DNA of 63,981 nt, filler included, from Albugo candida (lineage: Eukaryota): NCBI GenBank assembly GCA_040437565.1. It is 2 parts of 2 records of this genome, joined end to end, with 100 filler letters (N's around TTAATTAATTAA, not from the genome) between each part and the next. Parts side by side here need not be neighbours in the genome. Positions count along the whole stretch, not along the records: positions 1 to 31,983 come from JBDOQK010000096.1; 1 more part is not named here. One strand, given 5' to 3'. The position numbers and the translations under genes are program-made. Of the stretch, positions 12,928 to 26,362 are shown one piece after another. Under the pieces are notes generated by a model. The model had not been told where the DNA came from. It saw only the letters and a list, made by a program, of their open reading frames with translations, and did not search any database. The first letter of the stretch is position 1. Each line of letters begins with the position of its first letter.

Positions 12928-14397
12928 CTAGCGGTTGAACTCTGTCGCATCTTCGTACAGTGGTTGAAACATGAACATTGGGTATTGATTCAAGTTCCTG
13001 GGCAAGAATAAGGTTTGGTGACACTCGGTCTCTAAGATCATGCCCGATTGCTTGAACACGTGTGAATATAACCAGTTACCCAGTTTGCCAGTTCGTAAGC
13101 ATATACCGTGAGATGGATACACTGGAAATCTCGACGAATTAGCGGATGGATTTGAATTGAATGAATTGTAAGAAACGGTGAATATCCCTTTTAGCGTGCC
13201 ACTCCAAATGGAACGTGTACAGCAACGTGGTTTATATCAAGGATCGATTATGGTGAAGACGACAGTGTGCACTGCGATCTTACGCACTCAGCAGCTTGTA
13301 TGCGAGCTTGACGCGCACCAATTTCATATGAATATTTGTCATCAAAAGGTGGAGCGGTCATATTGGTATAGCTAGTGAAAGGTTTCTATGTCCATGTTCT
13401 ATTCTCATGGAGCTCCACCGCATAAAATTNNNNNNNNNNNNNNNNNNNNNNNNNNNNNNNNNNNNNNNNNNNNNNNNNNNNNNNNNNNNNNNNNNNNNNN
13501 NNNNNNNNNNNNNNNNNNNNNNNNNNNNNCATGAACTTTGGATAGTCTTTTTAATGCCATGCCTAAACACTCCGTGTATGAATTATTATCATATACAGTG
13601 TAATTTCCCGCTTTGATTCTGTTTATGATACTTGTAAACTCATTGTTTGACACTTGTGTCATATCAGATGAAAACTTCATCGCTAACTTTTGGTTCGTGA
13701 TAGTCATATGACAATATGTAGCATTGGCTAAACGAAAGTCGATCTCAGGTGTAAAACCGCTGTCATCGGCAATGCTTGCACAGTATAAATCATTTTGTTA
13801 TCATCTGTCAGCTTGTATTCAGAAAAGTAAACTCATTGTCGAGCTAAATTTACGAGCCCATCAGCGTTTAGCTGGAAAAAATTACGGGTCATTTGGAGCA
13901 ACATCGATCTCTGGAATACATTCTAAAATTGTGACTTGCGCAGTTTCCAAAAACATATTTTTATATTATCGGGGCCTATTTGTCTTATTTGCGTGCATTC
14001 CGATGAAAGCCAAAAACGGGTGATCTGATTAAGGTTGGCTGTCTAGTTGGCCTATAGTACGAGAATCGCTCCGGTTTGTCTAAGTCTGATCGAGGCAATC
14101 AGTGCATGAGAGGATCATGGAAAATGCCATTACGTCCGCATCTCCTTTGTTTTTCAATTTCAAAGTTCATCCCCCATCGAATTTGCCCGAGTGCGTATTT
14201 TTTTTTGTTTTGATTGTATGTAATAATCGGATACAATTTGAAGATACATTGCCCATGCCCCAAGAACGGCAATACAGTTCGCTTTGAGCTTAGAAATCTT
14301 CATCAGTAACAAATGCCGATCGGATATTGGATAATGATAGAGTAGTTGAGAATTTATACATAAGGAGCACACTGACTACATATATCTCCCGCCGCAA
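12928..14397 (-). pseudogene. Possible decayed secreted-protein gene
   Basis: Hydrophobic leader RREIYVVSVLLMYKFSTTLS near 14390 (no ATG before it), followed by stop-interrupted colinear fragments (14160-14372, 13405-13707, 12928-13122). Confidence 0.25.
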
Positions 14398-15149
14398 TCG
14401 TGCGCTCTACTCCTGCTTATAAGTATATCGAACTCTGATCCAGGTTCTATATGCAATGCAGCATGTCTACATGCATTTTGAACGACCCAAGGAGGTCAAA
14501 TCCGCGATGCACTCGACGTTCACAGACTGACGCTTCTTGATCGATACATCTGTTTCCAGCTGCTTGATTCTGAAATGCATGTGATGTCTTCTTTTCTTAG
14601 GCTTCTTTGGTCACGTTCAAATAGCTGAGCGGATCCCCCATAAAAGCCAATTACTCATCGAGTTTCGGCTGGGACTTCGAAACTTCCGCGTTGAATTTGA
14701 TATTCGCTTGCTCCAATTACTTGATATTTTCTTGATGATGTTGATGCTGAAGCTCTATCTCCTGCATGAGAGCCGTTTGCGTTTCCGTAGGTATACAATT
14801 TCAAACTATCGAAACTGTACTTAACGAAAGGACAAGTTTGATGAGATAAATGCGTAGTATCATAGGTAACAAAAATAGAATAACCTTTCTGAAATACAAC
14901 ATTTAACTTACCTAGTCTTTACATGCATTCTTCACTTGTGCAAATATTAATGCACGACGTCATTATTACAGTAAGATTGCACATCTTACTGAGTTAATAA
15001 AATAGTCACGAGTCCAAATTACNNNNNNNNNNNNNNNNNNNNNNNNNNNNNNNNNNNNNNNNNNNNNNNNNNNNNNNNNNNNNNNNNNNNNNNNNNNNNN
15101 NNNNNNNNNNNNNNNNNNNNNNTGCCTCTGTTTCAGGATACTTCATACT

Positions 15150-16960
15150 TCTACTCAGTGTCAGCTAGGTAAAGGTAATTTATGTTGCACATTCCCTAGC
15201 GCATTCTTATATAATTATTTACTTTTAATCGTGAATGCAAAATAGAGAGTTGCCGCTTCGCAAAAACTTGCGGAGGCGAATGGCAAAAGGCATTGGTTTG
15301 ACGATGATTTGTTCCTGAGGACGTTTATATCTTATAAATGGTTTTGGTCCCGAGAGGAATCAAATAAAGCATGTTAGAACAATCATGTTAGTAGCGAATG
15401 AAAATCATTGCACATGTATAGCTTCACATTCGAAACAATAATTTCTGCGTAGAGCCAGCGTATTTTACAAAGCACGTCAACGAGAAAATACATCCAAAGA
15501 TTGGCCCCGCCACGTCTATCTATCCCCGTACTGCGACCCGCCGGTTATAGGCAGTTGGACTACACTATTCAGAGTTGAGTAAAGGTATTTACGTTCATGG
15601 CCATGCACGAGCAGATGCCGTGGCATATCGTACTCAGTTTCTGTTGGAAACCGGATCTACTGATTGCTGCGACGGTAAATTGAAGGACTCCACTGGTGGA
15701 AGGTCACCATCTCCTGAATAGTCAAAGGTAGTGAAAGGTCGCAGAGAGACATAAGATAGTTGCTAACGGAGTTCCCAATATATTTTTTTAAACTGCAAGT
15801 CTTTTTGTGTTATCTTTTGTACGGTTCCTAATAGTTTCTGCAACGAATGAGAAGCTACGAGCCATTTTTGACGGAATATGTCGGGCCGGAAATGGAATTA
15901 GAGATTTGGCTTACCGGAGATGCGACCATCCTAGTGATGTATAATGAAAGCACATTTGCCGCCCATGATGGCAATAAGAAGCTATGGTTCCTCATAGGGA
16001 AAAGCCACTGGGAAAAAAGAGGATGGAAGATCGATATATGTCACCGGTTTCCTGACTGATGTTGGTAAGTCTATCGTTTCTAGCTTGCGCTCATTACTTT
16101 AATTAAAAGTTTACATTACCTGTCTGTTATAAAAGGGTCTCCAAGCTTTGAGCAAAGAGAAGCAGCTTAAACACAAAAGTCTTCAAGGCGAGTGTTTAAC
16201 GGCTGCGAAACAACTTCACAACCAAGTCCGGGATGGTCCGATTCCCATTTTCGATGCGCAGTTTTCCAATGCAAAAGCTTTTTTCGCTTTCGACAAGGCG
16301 ACTACTGACGTTGCATTTACTGAAGATGCTTTCGTATCGCAACGGATGAATCGTGGATCGGGCGGAAGTCAACGGATGACGCAGAAAGGATTGTATGGAC
16401 ATGTGACAGCGCAATCAATGGTGTTAACCACAGATCATCCTCTGACCAGATAGCCAGAATAACGTAAAGATCGTCCTGCAGGAACGCAAACTTTGAACGC
16501 CTGACCTTACTGCCTTTATTCGGGGTAATTGTGCTGTGCACATGTAGTTGCTGCGGCCGTAGTATTTATAAAAACCAGACTTCAAAATTCAAAAAGGTTT
16601 GATGAAATAGACAATCACTGTGGCGCTCCATCTCATCAAATTTCACCCCTAGTTCTATTCCGAATAGAATTCCAAAGACACCTTTTGGGGGGGGGGGGGC
16701 AAAACGATAAGCAATGAAGAATTGCGCTTACTCAAGAAAAGAATTGGTTGCAACAGTTCCGAAAGCACTGCCTCATTTTCGTCCGCAACAATTCGTCGCC
16801 ATGCTATAAAGTGCTCGAGATATATGGATGTTTATCGTAAAGATCCAACAAGAAAAGTCGCGAAATGCGCTATGAAAAACTATCGATGACATCGATAAGT
16901 TCCAGACCCAGTGTCCACAGACAGCTATGCTTTAGCAGCTTCTTTATGAAGCTGTAAGTT
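15150..16960 (+). mobile_element. IS630/Tc1-like DDE transposase relic, second copy, interrupted by a solo LTR
   Basis: GHARADAVAYRTQF|LQRMRSYE...LVMYNESTFAAHDG..KLW...AFFAFDKAT...; removing the solo LTR and one TSD copy restores the frame. Confidence 0.7.
15642..15833 (+). mobile_element. Solo LTR of the copia family at 45788-51141
   Basis: 192 bp, TGTTGG...CTAATA. Perfect 5-bp TSD GTTTC at 15637-15641 and 15834-15838. Homologous to both LTRs of the 45.8-51.1 kb element. Confidence 0.92.
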
Positions 16961-17481
16961 AATCTCTATGATTAGATTACACTTGTTCTTAGAACCTGAA
17001 CCGTAAAACCTGAATTGCCCACTGATGGTTGCCACATCATACGCACTGATAGGAAAATACTAGTAGAATCCAGAAAAAAAAAGCAACTTTTAGAGCCTTA
17101 TAATCAAACCAGGATGCATACAATATCTAAGCCTTTTGTTTTGAAGCTCTGGACTGTAACTATCAGATAGGATCGCTAGTAAGACCCGCAAACGCACATG
17201 GGAGTACTTCTGTGGTTGCCCAACTGGTAGATTGTCGTCTCAGCTGTCAATTGCTGATAGAAATGATAACATCAAGAGACAGGATTGTCATGGTCATTCC
17301 ATACGAGTATCCGGTTGGCACACTTTCATCATCGCTCAATTGATCTTGATTCTGTAGTCATATCATTAAGACTGATCGGTCATTACGACTGAGCATACCA
17401 TGATGGCCAACACCTCAGTTTATTGGACGCTCCACGAAATAATAACAATGGAATTTGGTGCAGAGCTTGTAGAAAGATAAG

Positions 17482-18490
17482 AAAGCTTATAGAAGTGAGT
17501 GGCAGATTCTTTCAACCGTTACATGTCTACTAACGAAGGCCAACGCTAGGATGGGTAGCTTCAGGTAATGGATGTTTAAACTTGAATCAAAGCTTATAGA
17601 AGTGAGTGGCAGATTATTTCAACCGTTACATGTCTACTAACGAAGGCCAACGCTAGGATGGGTAGCTTCAGGTAATGGATGTTTAAACTTGAATCAAAGC
17701 TTATAGAAGTGAGTGGCAGATTATTTCAACCGTTACATGTCTACTAACGAAGGCCAACGCTAGGATGGGTAGCTTCAGGTAATGGATGTTTAAACTTGAA
17801 TCAAAGCTTATAGAAGTGAGTGGCAGATTATTTCAACCGTTACATGTCTACTAACGAAGGCCAACGCTAGGATGGGTAGCTTCAGGTAATGGATGTTTAA
17901 ACTTGAATCAAAGCTTATAGAAGTGAGTGGCAGATTATTTCAACCGTTACATGTCTACTAACGAAGGCCAACGCTAGGATGGGTAGCTTCAGGTAATGGA
18001 TGTTTAAACTTGAATCAAAGCTTATAGAAGTGAGTGGCAGATTATTTCAACCGTTACATGTCTACTAACGAAGGCCAACGCTAGGATGGGTAGCTTCAGG
18101 TAATGGATGTTTAAACTTGAATCAAAGCTTATAGAAGTGAGTGGCAGATTATTTCAACCGTTACATGTCTACTAACGAAGGCCAACGCTAGGATGGGTAG
18201 CTTCAGGTAATGGATGTNNNNNNNNNNNNNNNNNNNNNNNNNNNNNNNNNNNNNNNNNNNNNNNNNNNNNNNNNNNNNNNNNNNNNNNNNNNNNNNNNNN
18301 NNNNNNNNNNNNNNNNNCTAACGAAGGCCAACGCTAGGATGGGTAGCTTCAGGTAATGGATGTTTAAACTTGAATCAAAGCTTATAGAAGTGAGTGGCAG
18401 ATTATTTCAACCGTTACATGTCTACTAACGAAGGCCAACGCTAGGATGGGTAGCTTCAGGTAATGGATGTTTAAACTTGAATCAAAGCTT
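17482..18490. repeat. 107-bp tandem repeat array (at least 8 units sequenced, gap inside)
   Basis: Units start at 17482, 17589, 17696, 17803, 17910, 18017, 18124 and 18377. They are identical apart from one substitution in unit 1. Array begins and ends at AAAGCTT. Confidence 0.97.
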
Positions 18491-19815
18491 TCACCGAATT
18501 GCACTTATTCGAACTGTGAGATCATACTAAAGGTGATGAAATTGTGCTTAAGACTAGATCAGTACTTACGTTTAGCAGCATTGACACAACTATATGCGAT
18601 GTGCCAGTGATACCATGTAGTAAAAATACTTCTTCAGAAGATCAGTCATATACGACATTTATGGGTCAAAGAAGAAGCATCAAAACTATTAAGATAGTGA
18701 GTTCTTGTCGCTCGATATCGTTTTGATCTTGTATCTATAATCCCGAAGACTCATTAAAAAGGTTAAGATCGACTACATGAGCTTCTTCTACTCGTAGCTA
18801 CTATTTGATGGACGCGTATCATCACCAAATTGAGCTCTTCAAGAGAAATGTTTGCCCCAATGTGCACCTTATAGGGTGCTCTACTGAATAAATCCTTGCT
18901 ATGCACTCTGTGCCCCTTTCGTGAGGTTTAATCGTGATTAAGCTAGTAAGAGTGAAGCCATATCTTAACTGTCTCGAAGCATTTATTATACACTCGTCTC
19001 TTCTAGTTCAATTTAAAAATTGTCAGCTTTGAATACAGTAAATTTTCATAGCATTCGCCAACGCTTATGAGTATTTCGAAGCCATCAAATTGTCCCGGCT
19101 TCTTTTACTTCCAAAATACAAGCGCTGCGACTTTTTGTTTCAAACTTCTGTCTACTGGGATGATGCAATGGTTATGCCCGTATGTCCAAATTACGGAGAT
19201 GCAAAGCACTCTGAGCAGCGCTTTAGTAATTGCTGTAGGAGAAGGCAATGCAAATAACGGAAAAAGTTACTACATATTGATGGATGCCCACGCCAGTCGA
19301 GCGATAATAGACGAGAAACTTCGTCAGAGGCAATAGTCATGATGCGAAATACGTGCCATTTCCTATCTGGCGGCTCGTGCATGAGTGTCGCAACGATAAA
19401 TGTGGACTAGAGAGTCGGAGTCTACTTTGGCTTGATGACTTACAGAAGCCGTATACGTCGAAACGCCGAAAGAGATGACTGCTTCGAGCTCGGATACTGA
19501 GAGAAAATTATTATCCGTACGCGGGGTTTCTCCTTGGTAAGCATGCATGTTGCAAACANNNNNNNNNNNNNNNNNNNNNNNNNNNNNNNNNNNNNNNNNN
19601 NNNNNNNNNNNNNNNNNNNNNNNNNNNNNNNNNNNNNNNNNNNNNNNNNNNNNNNNNNCATGCATGTTGCAAACACAAGCATTCAAAATATGCAGGAATA
19701 GATCAATATCGAATAGCATTTATTAGTCGTTTTTTACGATGTTCTAATTTGATATTGTGCTACCGGAGCCGAGAAATTGATGAGGAATAAGAAAAAATGC
19801 GGTATTGATGACTAT

Positions 19816-20733
19816 TTAGAAAAAAGAACGGTCATTCGCTGAAGAGAATGCAATGAGGAGCCGATTTTTATTTTTATTTTGAGATATCCAGATTTGGGTA
19901 TTGTAAGTTTTGGAAAATGTGGCGCCGATGACCCAATCATCACAAAAAGAAGATCGCACCACGAAGTAGCACAGTTCATCATTAGCGTTTCGTACAAAAT
20001 AATTGACCTTGGTGAGTTCGTATTGAACTTTATCCTTTCCAAGGTGGAATGTGAACGTGGGAAACTCCAGTGCCTCGATCGCATGGCAGTCGAAACCTTT
20101 ACCGTGAAGAGGGTGCGCATCAGTATTGTTACTTTGGAAATCTCGGGTAATGGCGTCATATGCCCATTTCGGAAATTCGCTACGCATGGAATCATATGAA
20201 AAGGTGACTTTTTGATAAAGACGCGGCTTGCCTTCGAATGAGAACGTGGCTATTACGTGACCGAACTCTTGTACTAACTCGGGTTTCCGGTCTTGAACAG
20301 GACTAAGGGTTGTACTTGCCATCACCACCGATTCGTTTCTCAATTTCTCCAATCTAGATTTTGTTGTAATGAACATTCTTGGCTGCGACCGTTCACGATT
20401 CCACTTGTATACGAAGGATCGACTCCTATAAATACTCGCTTCCTCAAAAAGAAGAGTAGCCCCAAGTGGTTTAAGGGAGTAACCTGCTCGAATCATGTTC
20501 ATTTGTAGTTCAACACCTTTATAAGTGTTCGCGATTGTGGACGCTTCTGTAATGTCGTTCGAAGTCAATCCAAAAAACGTCTCCTCTGCGTTTGGGTTAG
20601 ACAACTTCACTGGTATTTTTATCAGTATATGTAAATCACCCAGGAGTTTTAAGGAAGTGACACAAACAGGGACTTCAAGCCCAATTGAATACTGGAGTGC
20701 AAAGACCAAAATATATGTTGTTGCAAGTAACAT
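19816..20733 (-). CDS. Secreted pepsin-like (A1 aspartic protease fold) protein, probably non-catalytic
   Basis: Intact 305-aa ORF with N-terminal hydrophobic signal MLLATTYILVFALQYSIG. The C-terminal lobe has pepsin-family landmarks (FPTFTFHL...YEL...YF...C...WVIGATF.KTYNT...LLIAFS). The D(T/S)G position reads YDSMRS. Confidence 0.7.
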   Translation of the reverse strand: MLLATTYILVFALQYSIGLEVPVCVTSLKLLGDLHILIKIPVKLSNPNAEETFFGLTSNDITEASTIANTYKGVELQMNMIRAGYSLKPLGATLLFEEASIYRSRSFVYKWNRERSQPRMFITTKSRLEKLRNESVVMASTTLSPVQDRKPELVQEFGHVIATFSFEGKPRLYQKVTFSYDSMRSEFPKWAYDAITRDFQSNNTDAHPLHGKGFDCHAIEALEFPTFTFHLGKDKVQYELTKVNYFVRNANDELCYFVVRSSFCDDWVIGATFSKTYNTQIWISQNKNKNRLLIAFSSANDRSFF

Positions 20734-22309
20734 TGATGTATCGCGTAAATTTGAAAATGAAGAGTGGATCTGCCGGGTGAGCTAAGCCATAAAGTGCAAA
20801 AGAGGTACATACTGTTTTCCCAGCGGCATATTGTATCGATCCAATGATCAAAGAGGATCAGGTATAGGTATCCAAATTTATAGAGTAGTAAATGGAAGAG
20901 AAGTTGTACGGCTGTACCATTTACGACGTCATGTTTTTGGGGAAACTTGCCCAACAGAATGAATACATACATTTACCTCTTTGACATTAATATTACCAGT
21001 TATATTAAGACAACTAGGTAGTTTTCAAACCAATCAGCGGGATCCTGAAAATTGATTGCTATGAAACCCTTTTTAACAGTTTCAATGCAACGTTCAATCG
21101 ACTACTGCTCGACACAAGAAAAGTACGGATGGAGGAATAGGGTCAGATTTACATGCACTGGCTACTACGGCTTTGAAGTATTACACATTTTCACGCGCTA
21201 TATTATCGAATTGCATAGGCATGTGATGTGAGCAATTCATGCATTATGTGGGGATTTGATCTCCCACCACCCTGAAATACAATTCTCCCTGCGTTTTTAA
21301 ATTATTACAGTGTGTCTTTGATTTTTACTACCGTATGTCTCAGCTTATATTGCTGTCATGTGTTTCTGGTTTATATTGCCATTAAATGTACGTGATTATA
21401 TTATTAGCATGCGTTTTTATTTATAATATTTCACCGGTGTACTTCATATAATTATCGCAATTGACGCGAGCACATCCAATGATTTTCCTGCGTCTATTTT
21501 GTGCGATAAGGAGTTTTATTCCTTCACATTACGCAACTTTTTCTTTCTCTTATCTATCACTTACATTGTTATGTGCATCGTCAAGTGGATATCATATCCT
21601 GATCTACGACTGTAGCGCCTCCACAAGCTGGAATAGGTGCAGCTTGAGGCAGACAACTCCATTCACACTTTATATCTCGTGTATATTCACTACCTATGAG
21701 GCCTGCTCTTCGCAGCGATTGGAAAGGACGATTGTAAATCATTCTTTCTAACCACAATCTTAATGGTGGTCTGCACTTCCATCTCGTTTGTGCATGTTTT
21801 ATAGAGCAAAATGAAGTCGATTAAAACTATGCTATGCACTTATATATAGCATTTGATCTTTGAGCTAGCTTCACCTTTCTTCTTAGCATCGAAGGGTACA
21901 CTGGTACTTAAAGCAGCTGATCTGGATACAACGTACTTGTAGATCGCGGGAAACTGTCTCGCATAATCGCTACTTCTGCCATCAATTCAATATCAATAAT
22001 GCGTTTTCTTTGGCTTCTATCGACTTTTCATCCGCACAAAAGACACGTTTAACAATCCGGAATAATCGTGTCTCGCTTTAGGAATCCGGCTTTTGCTTTG
22101 TTCGTCACTAAAACAGCTTGTTCATGCAAACGCTTATCACATTGGCTCGTTGTATTCTAGTTTGAGAAAAACGACTAGAGGATTGGTGGCTTGAAGCATT
22201 CATGTTATTGATTACCATTACAATATTTTGAGCCAGAGTATTGATTGTCCGCAAGACACATGAGTATTTTCTTTGTCCAGGTCTAAATTATATATCCTAG
22301 TCTAGTCTT

Positions 22310-25300
22310 CTACAAGAAGACCCATAACAGGTTAAAGGCCGACCTTACCTGAACGGCTTTTTCATGACAACATGGCATATGGGACGAAGAAAGACGGTCA
22401 CCACGTGGTGCCAGGCGGACGTCATGTGGAACGTGACATAGGCAATTTTGTAATTCCGTTGCACATCCATGTTGTGGTGTTGACAAATAAGGTTAATGCT
22501 AAATATATTTTACTTTTACTTCTACCTCTATTACAACAATTATATATCGAATACATTTAACAGGTTATGAGCCCAAAGGAACGTGTTCGCGGCGCAGCTC
22601 AACAAGCTATAACCGCTGTGGTGGTCGATGGTCAGGAAACGACCAACGATCAACAATTGGAAGTCGGCAGTGCCCGCGCGGCACTGGTGGAGGTGATTGT
22701 TCGTCATGCTGGTGACCTTTCAGATCGGATATTTAGGATGAATCCTCGCGGACCGAACAAGTCAGACGACACCGCAAGGACTTTGCGGAGACAAGCACTT
22801 TTGGTTCAGTTTTAGTATCAGGGGCAGGTATAAACCTCCAGACTTTGAAGCATTGATAATCTCCCAATATTCTCCTCCCAAACGTTCACCGAATGTCTCG
22901 CCGTCCTCCTTCTTTGGTGCCTGATGAGAAGCTTATGCTGGGGATATGGTTGCCAAACGGCTCCGGTCGATGGCAACTATGGGTTGGATCTGAACACTGA
23001 CGCTGGGTTTCATGGGCAGGGTGGACCTGAAGGAGGTTACCCATGTTTGCGTATACCAATTACTGGTTACTACCAACCTGTGCAGGTTTCCGAAGGCGTG
23101 CCGGATGGTCTCCAACGAGATTTGGACTGCAACCTGTCGACGGAAACGAACTCTGCCATGGACTTGGTAGTGGGTTTAATGAATGTGGGAAAGAATTGGC
23201 GACAAGTTGGCTTCTCCGAGCATGCCTGTGATTTAATGTGACCTAAAGAAATCAAGTTTGATTTTCTTGGTCAACGCCTTGCAAGCATTGCATAGAGATA
23301 TTATCGTCGGCAGTATAAACTTTGTGGTGAGAGAGTCAAACATTGGAGCATCCTATGTAAAGGTTGCTCCAAATTTTCACTACCAAGATAGCAACTTCCC
23401 AGAGCAAGAAGTTGTGTATTGTGCCCAAGGCATCGCAGCGTAGCTGGATGGAAGAATGCTTATATCTAACAGCTTTGAGTGACGCTTTCGGCGGCCCGGA
23501 AAGCCTTGGCTTGGGCAACAATGTCCACTCTACTGATTCAACGATGCGCACGAAGACGTTGTCCCGTATGGACCTGAATAGGGCTGACTATCTACGATAG
23601 GCAAAAGAGCTCGCCCAATTTGCAAAATTGACGGCTCTACATTCGATTCAAAAATTCCCGTTGAGACGTTGTAAACGTCGTCGAGACGAAAAGGTAAAAA
23701 ACGTCCTGAAGTTCGCGTTTTAAAAAGGTGCTACCAATGTGGCAACAATGATCACCTAGAGGCAGTTTGCCCGAAGAAAAGGAAGTAAAGACAAGATGAA
23801 GAATGTATCGAAGTGTTATTGATGGGCGGTCGAGCTCAACCAGGAACTGGGTTTGGACAGCGGCTCAGGACCACAATTTGGTTAAATAATTGAGTGTGCT
23901 CGACGATAAGGTCGACTGCCATGACGAATGTTTATTTGCAGCCTCTGGAGGGGGACCCTTGAGTATCACCAAACAAGTGTGATGATCCGGGTCAAGGCAC
24001 TTGGTATTGCCAAAACCATCCGACTTCTCCATGTTGAATACGCATCAAATTTAGGACGTAACATCATTTCCTTCGGTAAATAGGAAAACAAGGGGTGCGT
24101 TCTTGAATACCGTGAAGGAATGCGTGTTTTGGACTCTCGCCCTGGTGATGTACCTATCAATAGACGTTGATCGTATCAATGTAATCGTTTCACTTTACGA
24201 TGGTATTCTGATTGACGATTTTCGTGGACCTGGTTCACCAAACAAGGCGGTTATGACAATCGTGACGGATGATGAACATGAACATAACATGCGTGCTGAG
24301 CATGGAAGCTTGTTACATGTTCATAGTCGTATGGTTATCTTTGTTATGACACAATCATCAAGATGAACCCTCGACCGTGCGTCTGGTATCAAACTGACTG
24401 ATAGTAGTTTTACTAGATGCCTGGCATGCGCACAAGGCAAGCAGACAAAGAACGTACAGTCACGCAAGAACAGCGGCTTGAATTCGCTCATCGATGTGAT
24501 CGGTGGCGTCATCTGCTCCTATCCAAATGCCTCATGAATCCTCGTAACTGACTAGGCAATAGGTATTTGATCAATTTTATCGATTATTCGTCGAACTATT
24601 ACCGACTTTTCCTTGCGAAGACTATGGGCGTTGCTGCGATGAAGTTCAAGCATTTCTTGATGTTCTTTGAAAAGCGATTCAGGTATCGTATACACGTTCG
24701 GCGTACAAACGTGGAGGCAAATACAAATCTCTAGACGTGTTTTGCAAGCTTACTGGTGTCTTACGACGAGTAAGGGAAAACAATACCCGGGAAGGTGATG
24801 GGAAGATGAAAGGATGCATGGCACCATCATCAACATGGTGCGAAGCATGGTGTTTACAGTGGGCTACCCTTAAAATTCTCTGGTCATTCCGCCGAATATG
24901 CAGGCTCCATCCTGACTCGAAGTCTCAATAAGGCAAGTGAAGGTGGGATCTTGCCTACTGATATCTTGTCTAAGAAACGACCGGTCTTAAGTGGCATTAT
25001 GATCTTTGGCTCCCCAAGGACGGTGCACCCAAACTAATAACAAATATTTGGGCGTTCACGTGAAAGCGGAAATCAATATCGGGAAGGACGATGGATTGAA
25101 CGGATATCGTGTCTACATACCAAAAGAGCATGCAGTGTTGTAATCAGCGTGTTAGGAATATTGAAACCCTTACCGATATTCAAGACAGTGAGTTGGTAAA
25201 AGATTCGCATGTACTGAAGATCAGCAGACGCTTGATGGCAACCATGTCAAGCGCTTAACAAACGACAGGTNNNNNNNNNNNNNNNNNNNNNNNNNNNNNN

Positions 25301-26362
25301 NNNNNNNNNNNNNNNNNNNNNNNNNNNNNNNNNNNNNNNNNNNNNNNNNNNNNNNNNNNNNNNNNNNNNNTACGGATAATGTTGGACTCTGAGGATGCTT
25401 ATGTGTTGGAGCAAGGAGTGGTGACCGACTTACTCTTGAAAGCAAATGGTTTGGAATCGACAAACGGGGTTCGGACCCCAACTGAAAAAGAATGTAACGC
25501 AGAGAGAACGAAAGGATCGGAATTGTTGGTTGCATCATCCGAAGACATACTAGCAAGCATCAAACGTTTCAGTCCGTCGTTGGGAGTCTACTTTGCATTG
25601 CAAGATGCACTCTCCCTGATATCTATTTTGCAGTGCACCGCGCAACCAGGCAGACTCACAATTCGACGATGAGGGAATAGAAAGGGCCAAACGAAGGACG
25701 CGATACTTCTAGGTGACGAAGTCGCTGAAGATATGTGTTAAAATTAAAGCCAATGAGGGCACCCCGTCGAGGTCAAAAGATGGAGTAAGGATGCGTGCTG
25801 GCGATGAATGGTGCAGTGGTATCGTGGACGTACAAGAAGCAGACTGGTGTCTCGCTTAGCACCATGAAAAGGGAGTTCATCGCTGCATCGCATGATGGTT
25901 GTGAGTTTCTCCGGCTGATAAGATTGTTTGGTGAGCTGGTATGAAAGTTGTTGAGCCAGGATGGAAAATCAAGCGGTGATCAAGCCATTAGGAAGCAAGA
26001 AGAGTACCTCAAGCGCGAAACATGTCGACGTTCTATTCAAGTTTATCTGTTACGTTGATCAAGATAAGTTCTTTTAGACAACCTTTGTCAAGTCTGATGA
26101 TTTGAGGGTGGTTCCGTTGACGAAGGCACGACCGGTACCAAGGCTTTCGGACCTGCGTGTGATGTTCAAGTTAAAGGCCGTTCACGATGACGTCTAGGAG
26201 GAGTGTTACCACTTGCAACCTAGCATTGCTATCAATCACAGTCACCTAAACGCCATGCGCAGAACGTATAGAAAACAGAAAACGGCGTAATTGAAAGGTA
26301 CGTCTGAGCCACAGTCAGAAATCTGAAGTGCGTCTCGTCATCAAAGCCACTTTTCAATTACA
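22310..26362 (+). mobile_element. Decayed Ty1/copia retrotransposon (5' and 3' LTR-like ends do not match; may be two elements joined across the gap)
   Basis: PBS GGTTATGAGCCC at 22563. Gag knuckle CYQCGNNDH..C near 23730, protease LDSG, integrase and RNase H (AKHVDV) remnants. PPT AGGAGGAG then TG...CA LTR at 26204-26362. Confidence 0.8.

Noticed and set aside
14090-14115. CCG/CHxC effector motif (CTDCL)
   Set aside because: Lacks the conserved Gly, is followed by a stop and lies far from the putative leader; unsupported.
17482-18490. CRISPR array interpretation
   Set aside because: No unique spacers, units are identical head-to-tail, no cas genes, eukaryotic context.
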